Positions 1 through 9,422 of a DNA stretch of 64,000 nt are shown here, in pieces. Origin of the DNA: Patescibacteria group bacterium (GTDB lineage Bacteria; Patescibacteriota; Minisyncoccia; Phycocordibacterales; UBA2100). Position numbers and translations under genes: made by a program. The stretch is from assembly GCA_038064535.1 (NCBI GenBank), contig JBBTSX010000009.1:1603-65602 (forward strand), given 5' to 3'. Within the stretch, counting starts at the first letter, position 1; the number at the start of each line of letters is the position of its first letter. The notes beneath the pieces were generated by a model. The model ran no database searches and had not been told where the DNA came from. It saw only the letters and a program-made list of their open reading frames with translations.

Positions 1-824
1 TGCGCAACAAGCTCAGGATGCATCAACACCTCCAGAATCTTTTCTGCGGGAATGATTATTGCGATACCCGTATTTATTTTGCTTTGGTCCTCTGAAGCAT
101 CGATATCTGCAGAATCGCTTTTTGCAGAATCAACACTCCAATGTCCGTGAATAAGACCTGCGAGGAACAGTCTAGTCCCACCCCCGAGAGACGTACCGGT
201 GCCAGTCAATTTGAAATAGGGTTCCTTAAAGAATACGGGCGAACCACTCAGTCCACCGATAGACCGCGCCTCAATTAAGTGTGCATCTATTTCTGCGTTG
301 TGCCACTTTACTGCGACCTTCTCGTTCTTATCGGTAGTAAGCAATGCAATATTCCCAACGCGCACAATTGGTAGATTTGCAAACTTGCCATGATGCTGTG
401 AAAAAAGACCTACAATCACTGCCTCGTTTGCAACTTGCACGTCACCCTTCTCAATATTCTCCGGTTTTAGAAACAACGAAGTCGGTACTGTTCTGTGAGC
501 GTGCTCTATTGTTCCAAGCGGGAAAGGAATTACCGCAACATCCACATCTGAATCGCTCGGGTGCGTGTACCACTTGGAGCCCTTCATAACATAGTCGAGT
601 CGGCCTCCATCTTTTCCATTCAAACGAACGCTTATATTGTCCAAATTCTCATTTTCGAGGTTGTGTAGTGCGGTGACGAGGTAGATAAAATTCAACTGGT
701 TTTCATTATCGGGAACGCTCACAAAGAAACCTGTACCCTGTGGCGTATATATCTCTTTACCGTTAACAACCTTTTTCTCGCAAAGAAATACCACACATTG
801 ACGGATATTGTCGGGGATTTCCAT
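1..824 (-). pseudogene. Trypsin-like serine protease (S1/Trypsin_2-type), N-terminal part. The gene runs off the window start. The frame is interrupted by two in-frame TGA codons at 450-452 and 441-443.
   Basis: Hand translation of the minus strand from ATG at 824 gives MEIPDNIRQCVVFLCEKK...GTGFFV...YLVTALHNL (His box) ...TSFVVSKTGEY, then TGA, EG, TGA. The same frame stays open to position 1 and encodes ...GVIVGLFSQHHGK...SIGGLSGSPVFF (Ser box GxSGSPV). It is absent from the supplied ORF track. Confidence 0.5.
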
Positions 825-1017
825 GGTCGCCTCACAGTATGCTCATTGGCACGCAAATCAAGCGGTTGCGGGTGAAAATAGTCAATTTGTTATAATGGGA
901 CATATGGCCAAACAACCCAAGAATACAATTTGCCTCTGGTATGAAAAAGATTGACGTCGCCGCTATAGAGGCCGCGTGCCGCGGGTAAGGAGCGGTTTTT
1001 TTGTGATGTGATACCGC

Positions 1018-1818
1018 TCAAAGCTTCCTGTGTTTTTTGAGTAACGTGTCTATTTTTTCGAGCACTTCTCGTAGCGTGAAATTCGCTTTAACGAGGAAAT
1101 CGTCCGCGCCGAGCTCGCGTGCGTCCGCGATCTCCTGTTCCTGACCGAGGTTCGAGAAAATAATCACGATAACGTCCTTGAATCGTTCCTCGGCCCTGAT
1201 TTTTTTGAGCAGATCGAAACCGTTCATGCCCGGCATAATCATATCCAGTAGCACCAGGTCCGGCGTGCGTTTTTGGATGAGCTGCCAGCCTTGCTCTCCG
1301 TCTAGCGCCGAACTAACGGTGTAGCCTTCCTGCGCGATGCGAGTCGTGGCAAGGGACGAGAGAAACGAGTCGTCTTCAACGACGAGAATATGTATCTTCT
1401 TGCGAGCGGATGGTGTACCGGCATCCGTCTCCGGCGTCTGGTCGGCCGAAAGGTATTTATGCATTTTAGATAACACCTCGTCGGGGCTGAACTGGGCTTT
1501 CACGATGTAATCTTTGGCCCCGAGCGCCAAGATGCGCTCGATTTCTACCGGCTGGCCGGAATTTGAAATCACAATGACCGGTATCTTCTTCAGCTCGTCG
1601 TCCTTGCTGATATCCTCTAGCACCTCGTACCCATCCTTTTTCGGCATAACGATATCAAGCAGGATGAGATCGGGCTTGAATTCGCGCACAGCTACGAGCC
1701 CCGCTTGACCATCGAGCTCCCACTTCGCATCGAAGCCCTGGCTACTGAGTTTAGCGAAGAGGATTTCCCCGAGAATTTTCTCGTCCTCAATAAGGAGTAC
1801 TCTTTTTCGTTGTTGCAT
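1018..1818 (-). CDS. Response regulator with two tandem receiver (REC) domains and no output domain
   Basis: Two CheY-like REC modules (LLIEDE...DLILLDIVMP and ILVVEDD...DLVLLDMIMPGMNG...LGADDFLVK). Stop is TGA at 1018-1020, 48 nt downstream of the kinase gene. Confidence 0.85.
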   Translation of the reverse strand: MQQRKRVLLIEDEKILGEILFAKLSSQGFDAKWELDGQAGLVAVREFKPDLILLDIVMPKKDGYEVLEDISKDDELKKIPVIVISNSGQPVEIERILALGAKDYIVKAQFSPDEVLSKMHKYLSADQTPETDAGTPSARKKIHILVVEDDSFLSSLATTRIAQEGYTVSSALDGEQGWQLIQKRTPDLVLLDMIMPGMNGFDLLKKIRAEERFKDVIVIIFSNLGQEQEIADARELGADDFLVKANFTLREVLEKIDTLLKKHRKL

Positions 1819-1865
1819 GAAAGTGTGAGGTGGGGTGGTGTAGCGCTAAGTGTAATACAGATTCA

Positions 1866-3566
1866 TCATGTGCGCGCGGGGTTTGTGGACACCGGGATCG
1901 TAAAGGTGAACGTCGTGCCTTTGCCCTCTTCACTCTCAAAGGTGAGACGCCCTCCGTGCTTTTCGACAATGCTCTTCGCGATAAACAGTCCGAGGCCCGA
2001 TCCGTCTGTTTGTTGCCTCGCCGCATTGTCGGCGCGGAAGAATTTATTAAAGATACTCGATTGCTGGCGTTGGGGAATCCCGATGCCGGTGTCGGTAACG
2101 TTGACTTTCACCATATGGTCGGTCGCACTTGCGCTCAGCCGTATCGAGCCACCCTCGAGTGTATACTGGGCGGAATTTTCGATGAGATTTTGGATGACGT
2201 TACGTATCTGCTCGGAATCGGCTGATATGAACGGTAAGCGCTCTTTCGGCGGATCAAAGGTAAGAGCGATCTTCCGCACATGCGCCTGACTGGCGAAATC
2301 GAGCACCGTGCTCTCGATGAGGTCCTCAATGTGAATGGGGGCAAACGCAAGACGAATCTTGCCCGACTCAATACGAGTCACGACAAGCATTTCATTGATG
2401 AGTTTCAGCATGCGCTCATTACTTTCAAAGCCTTTCATGAGCAGACTTCGTTGCTGAGGGGTAAGATTCTGGGACTGTTCGTCGATGAGAATTCCGAGTG
2501 TCCACTTGATTGCTGAAAGCGGAGTGCGAAGCTGGTGCGCGGCAACCGAGATGAATTCCGATTTTATTTTGTCGAGTTCTTGGAGGCGCGTATTTTTCTC
2601 TAGCAGGTCGATTCCTTGGGCGCTGAGTCGATCGTTGAGCACCGCCTGATGCCAATAGCTCCAGAGTGCGACGATAATAGCAAAGAGTCCGAGTATGAAG
2701 ATGGCGACGGCTAGCCATGTGACGACCGTCGCTTCCCTCAATGCTTCCGACTGCGGCCGCTCTACGAAAAGGCCCCAATTCGCGATTGGTATCGGAATTC
2801 CCACCGCAAACATGCGCACGCCGCGGTCATCTGCGTAAGAATCTTCAGTAGCGAGTCCGTCCACCGCTTGTCCATCCACCGCGACCTTTTGCACTATGGG
2901 CCGATTGAGCAGGTTGTGTCCCCCCGCGGCACGAGAGGAATCGGGATCCAGTATCTCGAGACCTGCGTGGTCCGTGATGTACACCCGCCACGTGTCCGTC
3001 TTCGGCAGACCGACGATTTCCGTAAAGCGCTCCAAGTTGACGTCTACGGCGAGTACGGAGTGTATCCCGCTCGCGCGCACGATGGGAACCGTAACGACAG
3101 ACGTGGGCCTCCCGTCTTCATCTCTCGTTACGTCACCAAAACTCGAAGATCCTGCAAGTGCGAGGTATAACCCGGATAATTTCGAATAGTCTCGCATGTC
3201 GTCTTGGCCGGCATGGAGGTGCGAGCTGACCATCTCCGAACCGTAGTGTTCGACTACGGCGGCATGAGTGAATGATGGATTTCTTTGCAGAAGTCTGTCG
3301 ATAATCATCTTCGAACGATCGGGTTCCGCCTGCATATCCAAGGCAGCATCCTGAACTTTCGCCAGGACGGCTTCGAGTGATGTGCTGATGTCGGAACTTG
3401 CGTTTTCCGCGACCTGCATTGACAGTTCTGATGCGGACGAACGCACGCTTTTCTGCGTGGGAAGCAGCCACAAAAGATCCAGTAGGACCAGCCATAAAAG
3501 GAAGAATAAGAAAATGAAGACGGTACGTCTTCGCGAGAGAAACTCAACAAAAGCAAATATATCCAT
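1866..3566 (-). CDS. Sensor histidine kinase (N-terminal TM and periplasmic sensing region, HisKA and HATPase_c)
   Basis: H-box HQLRTPLSAI, plus N, G1 and G2 boxes (NLIENSAQY, DTGIGIP, GSGLGL). N-terminal hydrophobic segment FIFLFFLLWLVLL. Co-operonic with the SBP and RR genes. Confidence 0.9.
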   Translation of the reverse strand: MDIFAFVEFLSRRRTVFIFLFFLLWLVLLDLLWLLPTQKSVRSSASELSMQVAENASSDISTSLEAVLAKVQDAALDMQAEPDRSKMIIDRLLQRNPSFTHAAVVEHYGSEMVSSHLHAGQDDMRDYSKLSGLYLALAGSSSFGDVTRDEDGRPTSVVTVPIVRASGIHSVLAVDVNLERFTEIVGLPKTDTWRVYITDHAGLEILDPDSSRAAGGHNLLNRPIVQKVAVDGQAVDGLATEDSYADDRGVRMFAVGIPIPIANWGLFVERPQSEALREATVVTWLAVAIFILGLFAIIVALWSYWHQAVLNDRLSAQGIDLLEKNTRLQELDKIKSEFISVAAHQLRTPLSAIKWTLGILIDEQSQNLTPQQRSLLMKGFESNERMLKLINEMLVVTRIESGKIRLAFAPIHIEDLIESTVLDFASQAHVRKIALTFDPPKERLPFISADSEQIRNVIQNLIENSAQYTLEGGSIRLSASATDHMVKVNVTDTGIGIPQRQQSSIFNKFFRADNAARQQTDGSGLGLFIAKSIVEKHGGRLTFESEEGKGTTFTFTIPVSTNPART

Positions 3567-3583
3567 GATACGCGTCGCGGATG

Positions 3584-4606
3584 TTACGGCACCTTGTTCT
3601 GGAGTATGATGTCTGCCTTCTTCAGGAACGAATCACTGAATGACACGCCGATTGCTTTCGCGGTGTCCTGGTTGACGACAAGAATGAGTTTTTCCGGGAC
3701 CTGCACCGGAATAGCGCCGGGGTCCCCGCCCCGAAGAATCTTATTAGCAATATCGGCCGATTGGCGTCCGGAGACGGCGAAATCGGGACCGAGTCCGAAC
3801 AGTGCTCCCGACTCTACCTGTGAACGGCTAAACACGGAAAAGGGAATTTTCTCATCGATTGCCCGCCTAATGTACGTGTCTATACTGCCCCAGACAAGCG
3901 AATCTCCGCCCACTATCATGCCGTCAAAATCCTTGCCGGAGATCCGAGCGGCTACGGCCGCGTTATCCTCCTTTGTTTTCACCGGGAATAGCGAGAGTTC
4001 TATTCCGAGAGCTTGCGCCGTCGCCTTCGCTATCTCGACGGATTTGGTCGCCGCAACGTCGCCGGCCTCTTTCGCGGTGTGCGGCATCGCGACTCGCTTT
4101 ATAGACGGATTGAATTCTTTCAGAAGTTGCAGTCGTTGCGACGTGAGGTCTGTCGAGAGGCTCGCGACCCCTGTCGTATGTCCGCCGGGATGACTAATGG
4201 ACGTTACATCGGGAAGCAGAAGCGGATCGCCAACTGACCCGAATACGATTGGGACGGGCGTACCGGCATCCTTTGTCGCCTGTATTGCCGCTTCGGTTGC
4301 CGGGGTCGAGTAGGTGTGGATCATGTCCGCTCCATCTTTGATAAATTTCTTGGCCACTACCGCCAACTGGTTTTTGTCGGAAATGAGCTGGACATCATAG
4401 GTAACGTTCTTGCCGTCATGGTATCCCAGCTCATCCATGCGCTTCTTGAAACCTGCGACGGCTGCATCATATCCGGAGCCGCGCACCAGGATTCCGATTC
4501 GGTACGTTTTCGCGGGGTTGGCAATCTTTCCTGTCGTCAGATAGTACGCGGCACCCGCGAGCGCAACGATGCCAATGATGATTCCGATAACCCAAAGACG
4601 GTTCAT
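3584..4606 (-). CDS. ABC-transporter-type periplasmic substrate-binding protein (PF04392-like) linked to the two-component system
   Basis: Signal or TM segment MNRLWVIGIIIGIVALAGAAYY. RIGILV...TPATEAAIQATK...IPIVF pattern of the ABC_sub_bind family. Lies 18 nt upstream of the HK gene. Confidence 0.7.
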   Translation of the reverse strand: MNRLWVIGIIIGIVALAGAAYYLTTGKIANPAKTYRIGILVRGSGYDAAVAGFKKRMDELGYHDGKNVTYDVQLISDKNQLAVVAKKFIKDGADMIHTYSTPATEAAIQATKDAGTPVPIVFGSVGDPLLLPDVTSISHPGGHTTGVASLSTDLTSQRLQLLKEFNPSIKRVAMPHTAKEAGDVAATKSVEIAKATAQALGIELSLFPVKTKEDNAAVAARISGKDFDGMIVGGDSLVWGSIDTYIRRAIDEKIPFSVFSRSQVESGALFGLGPDFAVSGRQSADIANKILRGGDPGAIPVQVPEKLILVVNQDTAKAIGVSFSDSFLKKADIILQNKVP

Positions 4607-4769
4607 ACAAGAGTGACAATGAAGCGCATCACTTATGCATTGTAACGGTTGCTGGCTGTTCGACTAGGAGTTTCGGTGGACATCCTCCGATTCGAACACA
4701 ATTACGAAACTCTTGGATAAGCCAAAAGCACGGAGATCATTGTGCCGGCACTTGTTTCGCTGGGGTCTG

Positions 4770-6002
4770 TTACACGCAGTATGTCTTGAGCGGAGCAAAG
4801 CCGTTGAAGCCGACTGATGAGTAGCTCGATGTGTACGCACCCGTGGCATGGATGCGGATGCGGTCGCCGACTTGGAGCGAGAGGGGGAGCCGGTATTGGA
4901 ATTTCTCGTAGAGGATGTCGACTGAGTCGCACGACGGCCCCGCGAGAATCACCGGACCTGTCGCCCCCTTCCTGCCGACGACTTCGATGCGGTATTTTAT
5001 TGCTTCATCGTGCGTTTCCGCCAAGCCGCTGAATTTGCCGATGTCGAGGTATACCCAGCGTGTGTCATCGCCATACGATTTCCTGGAAATGAGGACCACT
5101 TCGGCTTCGATAACACCCGAATCGCCGACGAGCGAGCGGCCCGGTTCGATGATGATTCGCGGGAGATTCTCGCCGAAATGTTCGGTCATAGCCGCTTGGA
5201 TGGCCGAGGCGTACGCTTCGACCGGTTCCACGGAATCGCGGTAGTGGGCGGGAAGTCCGCCGCCGATATTCACCATTTCAAGTGAGATGCCGTCTTGTTT
5301 GAGTGACGCAAAGAGCCCCGCGGTCTTCTCGAGCGCGAATGCCCACTGGTCGGTACGGGTTTGCTGGGAGCCCACGTGGAATGACACACCGTACGGATGC
5401 AGGCCAAGTGCCTTTGCCTTGATGAGCAGGTCGCGGGCCATATCCGCCTCGCAACCGAATTTGCGTGAGAGCGGCCAATCGGCGCCCTCGCAGTTCATGA
5501 GCAAACGGCAGAACACTTTTGCATTGGGGGCGGAGCGGGCGAGTTTGAGAAGCTCCGCCTCGGAGTCGAATGCAAACATACGCACGCCGCGCTTGTAGGC
5601 CATGGCAATGTCGACCTCTTTTTTGATGGTATTGCCGAAGGAGATTTGCTGCGGCTTTGCTCCGGCACCCATCACGAGCTCGATTTCTGCGGGGCTTGCG
5701 ACGTCGAAGAATGAGCCGAGCGAGACGAGTCGTGTGATGACTTCGGGGGCAGGATTTGCTTTGACCGCGTAGTAGACCTCGGCGATGGGCAGTGTGCTGC
5801 GCAGCGCAAGGTAGTTGTCGGCGATGATATCCAAATCGACGACGAGCGCAGGCGTCTGCGGCTGATGCTCTGCGATAAAACGGGAAATCTTATCAAGCTC
5901 CGGTGTCGACCGCTGCTTGCCCGACGAACTTTTCTTTTGGAGACGGTTTGCTGTTCGTGAGGACCCCTCACGCACCGGCAACGTTCCACTGTGTGCTTCC
6001 AT
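4770..6002 (-). CDS. Ornithine/lysine decarboxylase, eukaryote-type (Orn/DAP/Arg decarboxylase family 2, PLP-dependent)
   Basis: Motifs YAVKANP (PLP-Lys), FDVASPAEIELV, GVSFHVGSQ and GGGLP. A ~40-aa N-terminal extension precedes the fold. Confidence 0.85.
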   Translation of the reverse strand: MEAHSGTLPVREGSSRTANRLQKKSSSGKQRSTPELDKISRFIAEHQPQTPALVVDLDIIADNYLALRSTLPIAEVYYAVKANPAPEVITRLVSLGSFFDVASPAEIELVMGAGAKPQQISFGNTIKKEVDIAMAYKRGVRMFAFDSEAELLKLARSAPNAKVFCRLLMNCEGADWPLSRKFGCEADMARDLLIKAKALGLHPYGVSFHVGSQQTRTDQWAFALEKTAGLFASLKQDGISLEMVNIGGGLPAHYRDSVEPVEAYASAIQAAMTEHFGENLPRIIIEPGRSLVGDSGVIEAEVVLISRKSYGDDTRWVYLDIGKFSGLAETHDEAIKYRIEVVGRKGATGPVILAGPSCDSVDILYEKFQYRLPLSLQVGDRIRIHATGAYTSSYSSVGFNGFAPLKTYCV

Positions 6003-6473
6003 TTCTGATGTGCATAACTAATTGGCTGACAATATTTGTATAGTACATCCCTGTGGGGGTAGAGAAGGGTCACGAGGCTTGAGGTGTGCATAAGTCCGCG
6101 TGTAGCGGATTTTCCAAAAAAACTTGCCGGGCCCCCGCATGGGGACCCGGCGTTACGAAATCGAAACTTGGTCGCTTGATCAAAAGACCGGTCGAGCTGG
6201 CGGCGGGACTTCAACCATGCGCCTGCCGTGCGGGCGGTGAGGGTCCGCCTTTTGCTTGTTGCTGCGGTTCTTGCCACCGCGCTTACGGTGTCTTGCTTGC
6301 CAAAGCCCCCCGTTGCACTTCATCTCTTGTTTCTTGCGCCTGCTCCTGCAGCGTGTTTTTGGTCCCATCGCTTCCTCTTTCCATTGCTGTATCCGGCTGC
6401 CCTAGTCCCAGCCGTTTCGCAAAGTAGCACAGGGGCCTCATTTTTGCTACTATCGCCCGTACATAAGGAAGAT

Positions 6474-6545
6474 GCGCTAGTAGTTCAGTGGTAGAACGCT
6501 GTCCTGATAAGACAGAGGTCGAAGGTTCGATTCCTTCCTGGCGCA
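6474..6545 (+). tRNA. tRNA-Ile (anticodon GAT)
   Basis: Hand-folded cloverleaf. Acceptor GCGCTAG/CTGGCGC with one G-U pair. D stem GTTC/GAAC with GG in the D loop. Anticodon stem CTGTC/GACAG, loop CTGATAA (U33, GAT, A37). T stem GAAGG/CCTTC with TTCGATT loop. 72 nt, CCA not encoded. Confidence 0.9.
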
Positions 6546-6742
6546 CAGATTGAGTGAAGCGAAAGATGTGCACCAGGAGCACAGTGCTGAGCACTGTGCG
6601 TAAGGAATCGAACGCCGGAGCGGGCCCCGCGCGACTACGCGCGGGTGCGAGGCGGTGCCTAGCCCGAGTCTGCCGACGGGCGGACGAGAGGCGAGGGAGA
6701 GTCCTTCCTACCCCGCGCACCGAATAAAAGTATAATGCTCTG

Positions 6743-8047
6743 ATGAACTACCGTGTCCAAGGAGGCAAACAACTTTCGGGTACAGTCACGACCAACATCT
6801 CCAAAAACGCCGCTGTGGCTCTGCTCGCGGCGTCGCTCTTGAACCGCGGCGAAACGATTCTCAAGCGCATGCCGCGCATCGAGGAGGTGAAGCGGCTCAT
6901 CGAGGTGATGGAAAGTATCGGCGTGAAAATCGCGTGGGACATCAACGGCGACATGACCATTATGCCGCCAAAGAGATTCGACCTCTCGAACATAAACCGC
7001 GTGTCAGCCGAGAAGACGCGCTCCATCGCGCTTTTCATCGCGCCACTCGCACACATCTTTGAATCATTCGATTTGCCGGCACCGCGGGGATGCGATCTCG
7101 GCAAAAGGAGTCTTGGGGCGCACGTCGACGCGCTTGCAAAGCTGGGGATTACCGTAACGGGGGACGAATCTGCACACACCTACCATGTGGAGAGTAATGG
7201 AAAACATCCCGCGGAGCTCGTGATGTTTGAGGCGAGCAATACGGGCACCGAGAACACGCTCATGGCAGCGGCACGTATTGACGGCGTGAGCACGATTAAA
7301 TTCGCGAGTGCGGATTATATGGTCCAGGACCTCTGTTTCTTTCTTGAGCAATGCGGCGTCAAGGTCGACGGTATCGGCACGTCCACCTTGGTCGTTCACG
7401 GAAAGAAAGATATCGACGCGAGCATAATCGGATATCCGAGCGAAGACCCGATCGAGAGTATGTTCTTTTTCTCGCTCGCGGCGACCACCGGTTCTGAATT
7501 GACGATAGAGCGGTGTCCAATCGATGTGTTGGAGCTGGAGTTGCTCACGCTCGAGAGCATGGGTCTGCACTACGAGCGCGGGATTCCGTACACCGCCGAG
7601 AATGGGAAGACGCGATTGGTAGATATCATGATCAAGCCTTCGAAACTGATTGCACCGCCCGAAAAAATCGCCGCGCGGCCGTTCCCGGGCATCAATACCG
7701 ACAACCTTCCGTTTTTCGTCCCCATCGCGACCCAAGCGGAAGGCGACACGCTCATTCACGACTGGATGTACGATGGCCGCGCTCACTGGTATTTGGAAAT
7801 CAACAAACTTGACGCGCACGCTGAACTTCTCGATCCACATCGCGTTCTAATCAAAGGTCCCACACCGCTCCATGGGGGCGAAATCGAGGCACCTCCCGCA
7901 CTCCGTCCCGCCACCATGCTCTTGATCGGCATGCTTGCCGCAGAAGGTGAATCGATGCTCCGCAATGTGTATCCCATAAACCGCGGCTACGCCAATCTCT
8001 CCGAGCGCCTGAAGACCCTCGGCGCTTCCGTTGAAGCCGTGGAGTAA
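6743..8047 (+). CDS. murA: UDP-N-acetylglucosamine 1-carboxyvinyltransferase
   Basis: N-terminus YRVQGGKQLSGTVTTNISKNAAVALL and C-terminus RGYANLSERLKTLGASVE are colinear with E. coli MurA. Active-site loop PRGCDLGKRSLGAHVDAL carries the catalytic Cys. Confidence 0.93.
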   Translation: MNYRVQGGKQLSGTVTTNISKNAAVALLAASLLNRGETILKRMPRIEEVKRLIEVMESIGVKIAWDINGDMTIMPPKRFDLSNINRVSAEKTRSIALFIAPLAHIFESFDLPAPRGCDLGKRSLGAHVDALAKLGITVTGDESAHTYHVESNGKHPAELVMFEASNTGTENTLMAAARIDGVSTIKFASADYMVQDLCFFLEQCGVKVDGIGTSTLVVHGKKDIDASIIGYPSEDPIESMFFFSLAATTGSELTIERCPIDVLELELLTLESMGLHYERGIPYTAENGKTRLVDIMIKPSKLIAPPEKIAARPFPGINTDNLPFFVPIATQAEGDTLIHDWMYDGRAHWYLEINKLDAHAELLDPHRVLIKGPTPLHGGEIEAPPALRPATMLLIGMLAAEGESMLRNVYPINRGYANLSERLKTLGASVEAVE

Positions 8048-9265
8048 CTAGCCGTTTACGACGCGGATTTTCTTGGCGGCAATAGCCGCCTTTTTTCGTG
8101 CCTCGGCGACGGTTTTGCCGAGCGCGAGGACGACGGCCATGCGGCGATGGCCGGGGGACATGGGCTTGCCGAAGATGCGGACCCACGTTCCTTTTTCTTT
8201 CAATGCGTTCTCGACTCCTGTATAAGTGGGGTTCTCCGTTTTTATATCCGCGAGTATTGCCACCGAGGCTCCGGGTCGGCAGGGGATTTCGGGAATGGGG
8301 AGGTCGAGAATAGCTCGCACGTGGAGTTCCATCTCACTCATGGTCTGTGAGACCATTGTGACCATGCCGGTGTCGTGCGGGCGGGGCGAGAGCTCGGAGA
8401 ACCACACCTTGTCACCTTTCACAAAAAGTTCGACGCCGAAGATGCCGCGGCCATTCTTGCCGCACAAATTATCGACAACCTTCCTCGCGATGTCCTGTGC
8501 TTTTTTGAGCGCTGTTTTCGTCATCGGGTGCGGTTGCCACGATTCGCGGTAGTCGCCGTCTATCTGAATATGTCCGACCGGCTCGCAAAACGAAATGCCC
8601 GCCTCGGCTTCGCCTCGGCGAGACGGGCCGCCCTTGTGAGCAATCGTCAGCAGTGTGATTTCGTAATCAAAGTTTATTTTGCCCTCCACGATGACCATGC
8701 CGGTCTGCGCACGCGTACCCTCCATAGCGAATTTCCAGCACCTCGCCAAATCTTGCGGTTTTTTAGCCACGGATTGGCCATGACCGCTTGAAGACATTGT
8801 CGGTTTGATGAAGCAGGGGAATCCGACTGCCTTTGCGCCCGCCTCGAGTTCTTTGAGCGATGCGGCAAAACGGTACGGCGAAGTCGGCAATTTCAACTTC
8901 TCGGCGGCGAGTTCGCGTATACCGCGGCGGTCCATGGTGAGCCGCACGGCTCGCGCGGTCGGGATAACCCGCCAACCTTCTTTCTCAAGTTTGACGAGTG
9001 TGTCGGTCGCGATGGCTTCTATCTCGGGGACAATATAGTCGGGCTGTTCTTTTTCGATAACCTTGCGCACCATCTTTCCATCGCGCATGTTGAAGACATG
9101 CGAGCGGTGCGCGACTTGCATCGCAGGTGCGTTCTCGTAGCGGTCGCACGCTATCGTCTCAATGCCGAGACGCATGGCTTCGATGACGACCTCTTTGCCG
9201 AGTTCGCCGGAGCCGAGCATGAGGAGCTTGATGGCGGAGGGCTTGAGCGGCGTCCCGAATTTCAT
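8048..9265 (-). CDS. purT: Formate-dependent phosphoribosylglycinamide formyltransferase (GAR transformylase 2)
   Basis: Colinear with E. coli PurT over the whole length: LLMLGSGELGKEV, YIVPEIEAIATD, FPCFIKPTMSSSGHGQS, FDYEITLLT, GDYRESWQPHPM, FSELSPRPHDTGMVT. Its stop abuts the murA stop with 0 nt gap. Confidence 0.93.
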   Translation of the reverse strand: MKFGTPLKPSAIKLLMLGSGELGKEVVIEAMRLGIETIACDRYENAPAMQVAHRSHVFNMRDGKMVRKVIEKEQPDYIVPEIEAIATDTLVKLEKEGWRVIPTARAVRLTMDRRGIRELAAEKLKLPTSPYRFAASLKELEAGAKAVGFPCFIKPTMSSSGHGQSVAKKPQDLARCWKFAMEGTRAQTGMVIVEGKINFDYEITLLTIAHKGGPSRRGEAEAGISFCEPVGHIQIDGDYRESWQPHPMTKTALKKAQDIARKVVDNLCGKNGRGIFGVELFVKGDKVWFSELSPRPHDTGMVTMVSQTMSEMELHVRAILDLPIPEIPCRPGASVAILADIKTENPTYTGVENALKEKGTWVRIFGKPMSPGHRRMAVVLALGKTVAEARKKAAIAAKKIRVVNG

Positions 9266-9383
9266 CCCGTTAGAGGCAGGAAGCGTTGCTTCCCGCGCTG
9301 GTTACGCATGAGTAATCTCGACCACAGTGATTGTCCATATTGAAATCCGATAATCGAAATTGTCTTCCGCAGCCTCTAACGGG
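9266..9383. promoter_or_regulatory. Divergent purT/purN control region bounded by a 12-bp perfect inverted repeat, with a nested palindrome
   Basis: CCCGTTAGAGGC at 9266-9277 is the reverse complement of GCCTCTAACGGG at 9372-9383. An inner palindrome GGAAGC-GTT-GCTTCC lies at 9279-9293. Confidence 0.4.
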
Positions 9384-9422
9384 ATTCATGTACGCAATAT
9401 AGCAGGGTATAGTGTGTCGTCT

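Noticed and set aside
441-452. Genome-wide TGA recoding (genetic code 4 or 25) as the explanation for the in-frame TGAs in the protease gene
   Set aside because: Many well-supported genes in the window terminate with TGA at the position expected from homologs, for example the response regulator at 1018, purN at 10143 and the methyltransferase at 34259. The ORF track gives full-length proteins under the standard code.
6590-6700. Possible minus-strand tRNA suggested by a GGAATCGAAC (T-arm-like) motif
   Set aside because: No acceptor or anticodon stems could be folded around it. Flanking sequence does not give a cloverleaf. Likely a remnant or chance match.
6086-6720. ORFs 6086-6427 (+), 6228-6494 (+) and 6283-6720 (-) in the tRNA-Ile region
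   Set aside because: Cys/Arg/Pro-rich low-complexity translations of GC-rich non-coding DNA. One overlaps the tRNA. Treated as non-coding.
9266-9422. ZTP/purine riboswitch upstream of purT or purN
   Set aside because: Neither strand shows the conserved pfl/ZTP or purine-riboswitch core sequences. The region is better described as a protein-operator-like inverted repeat.
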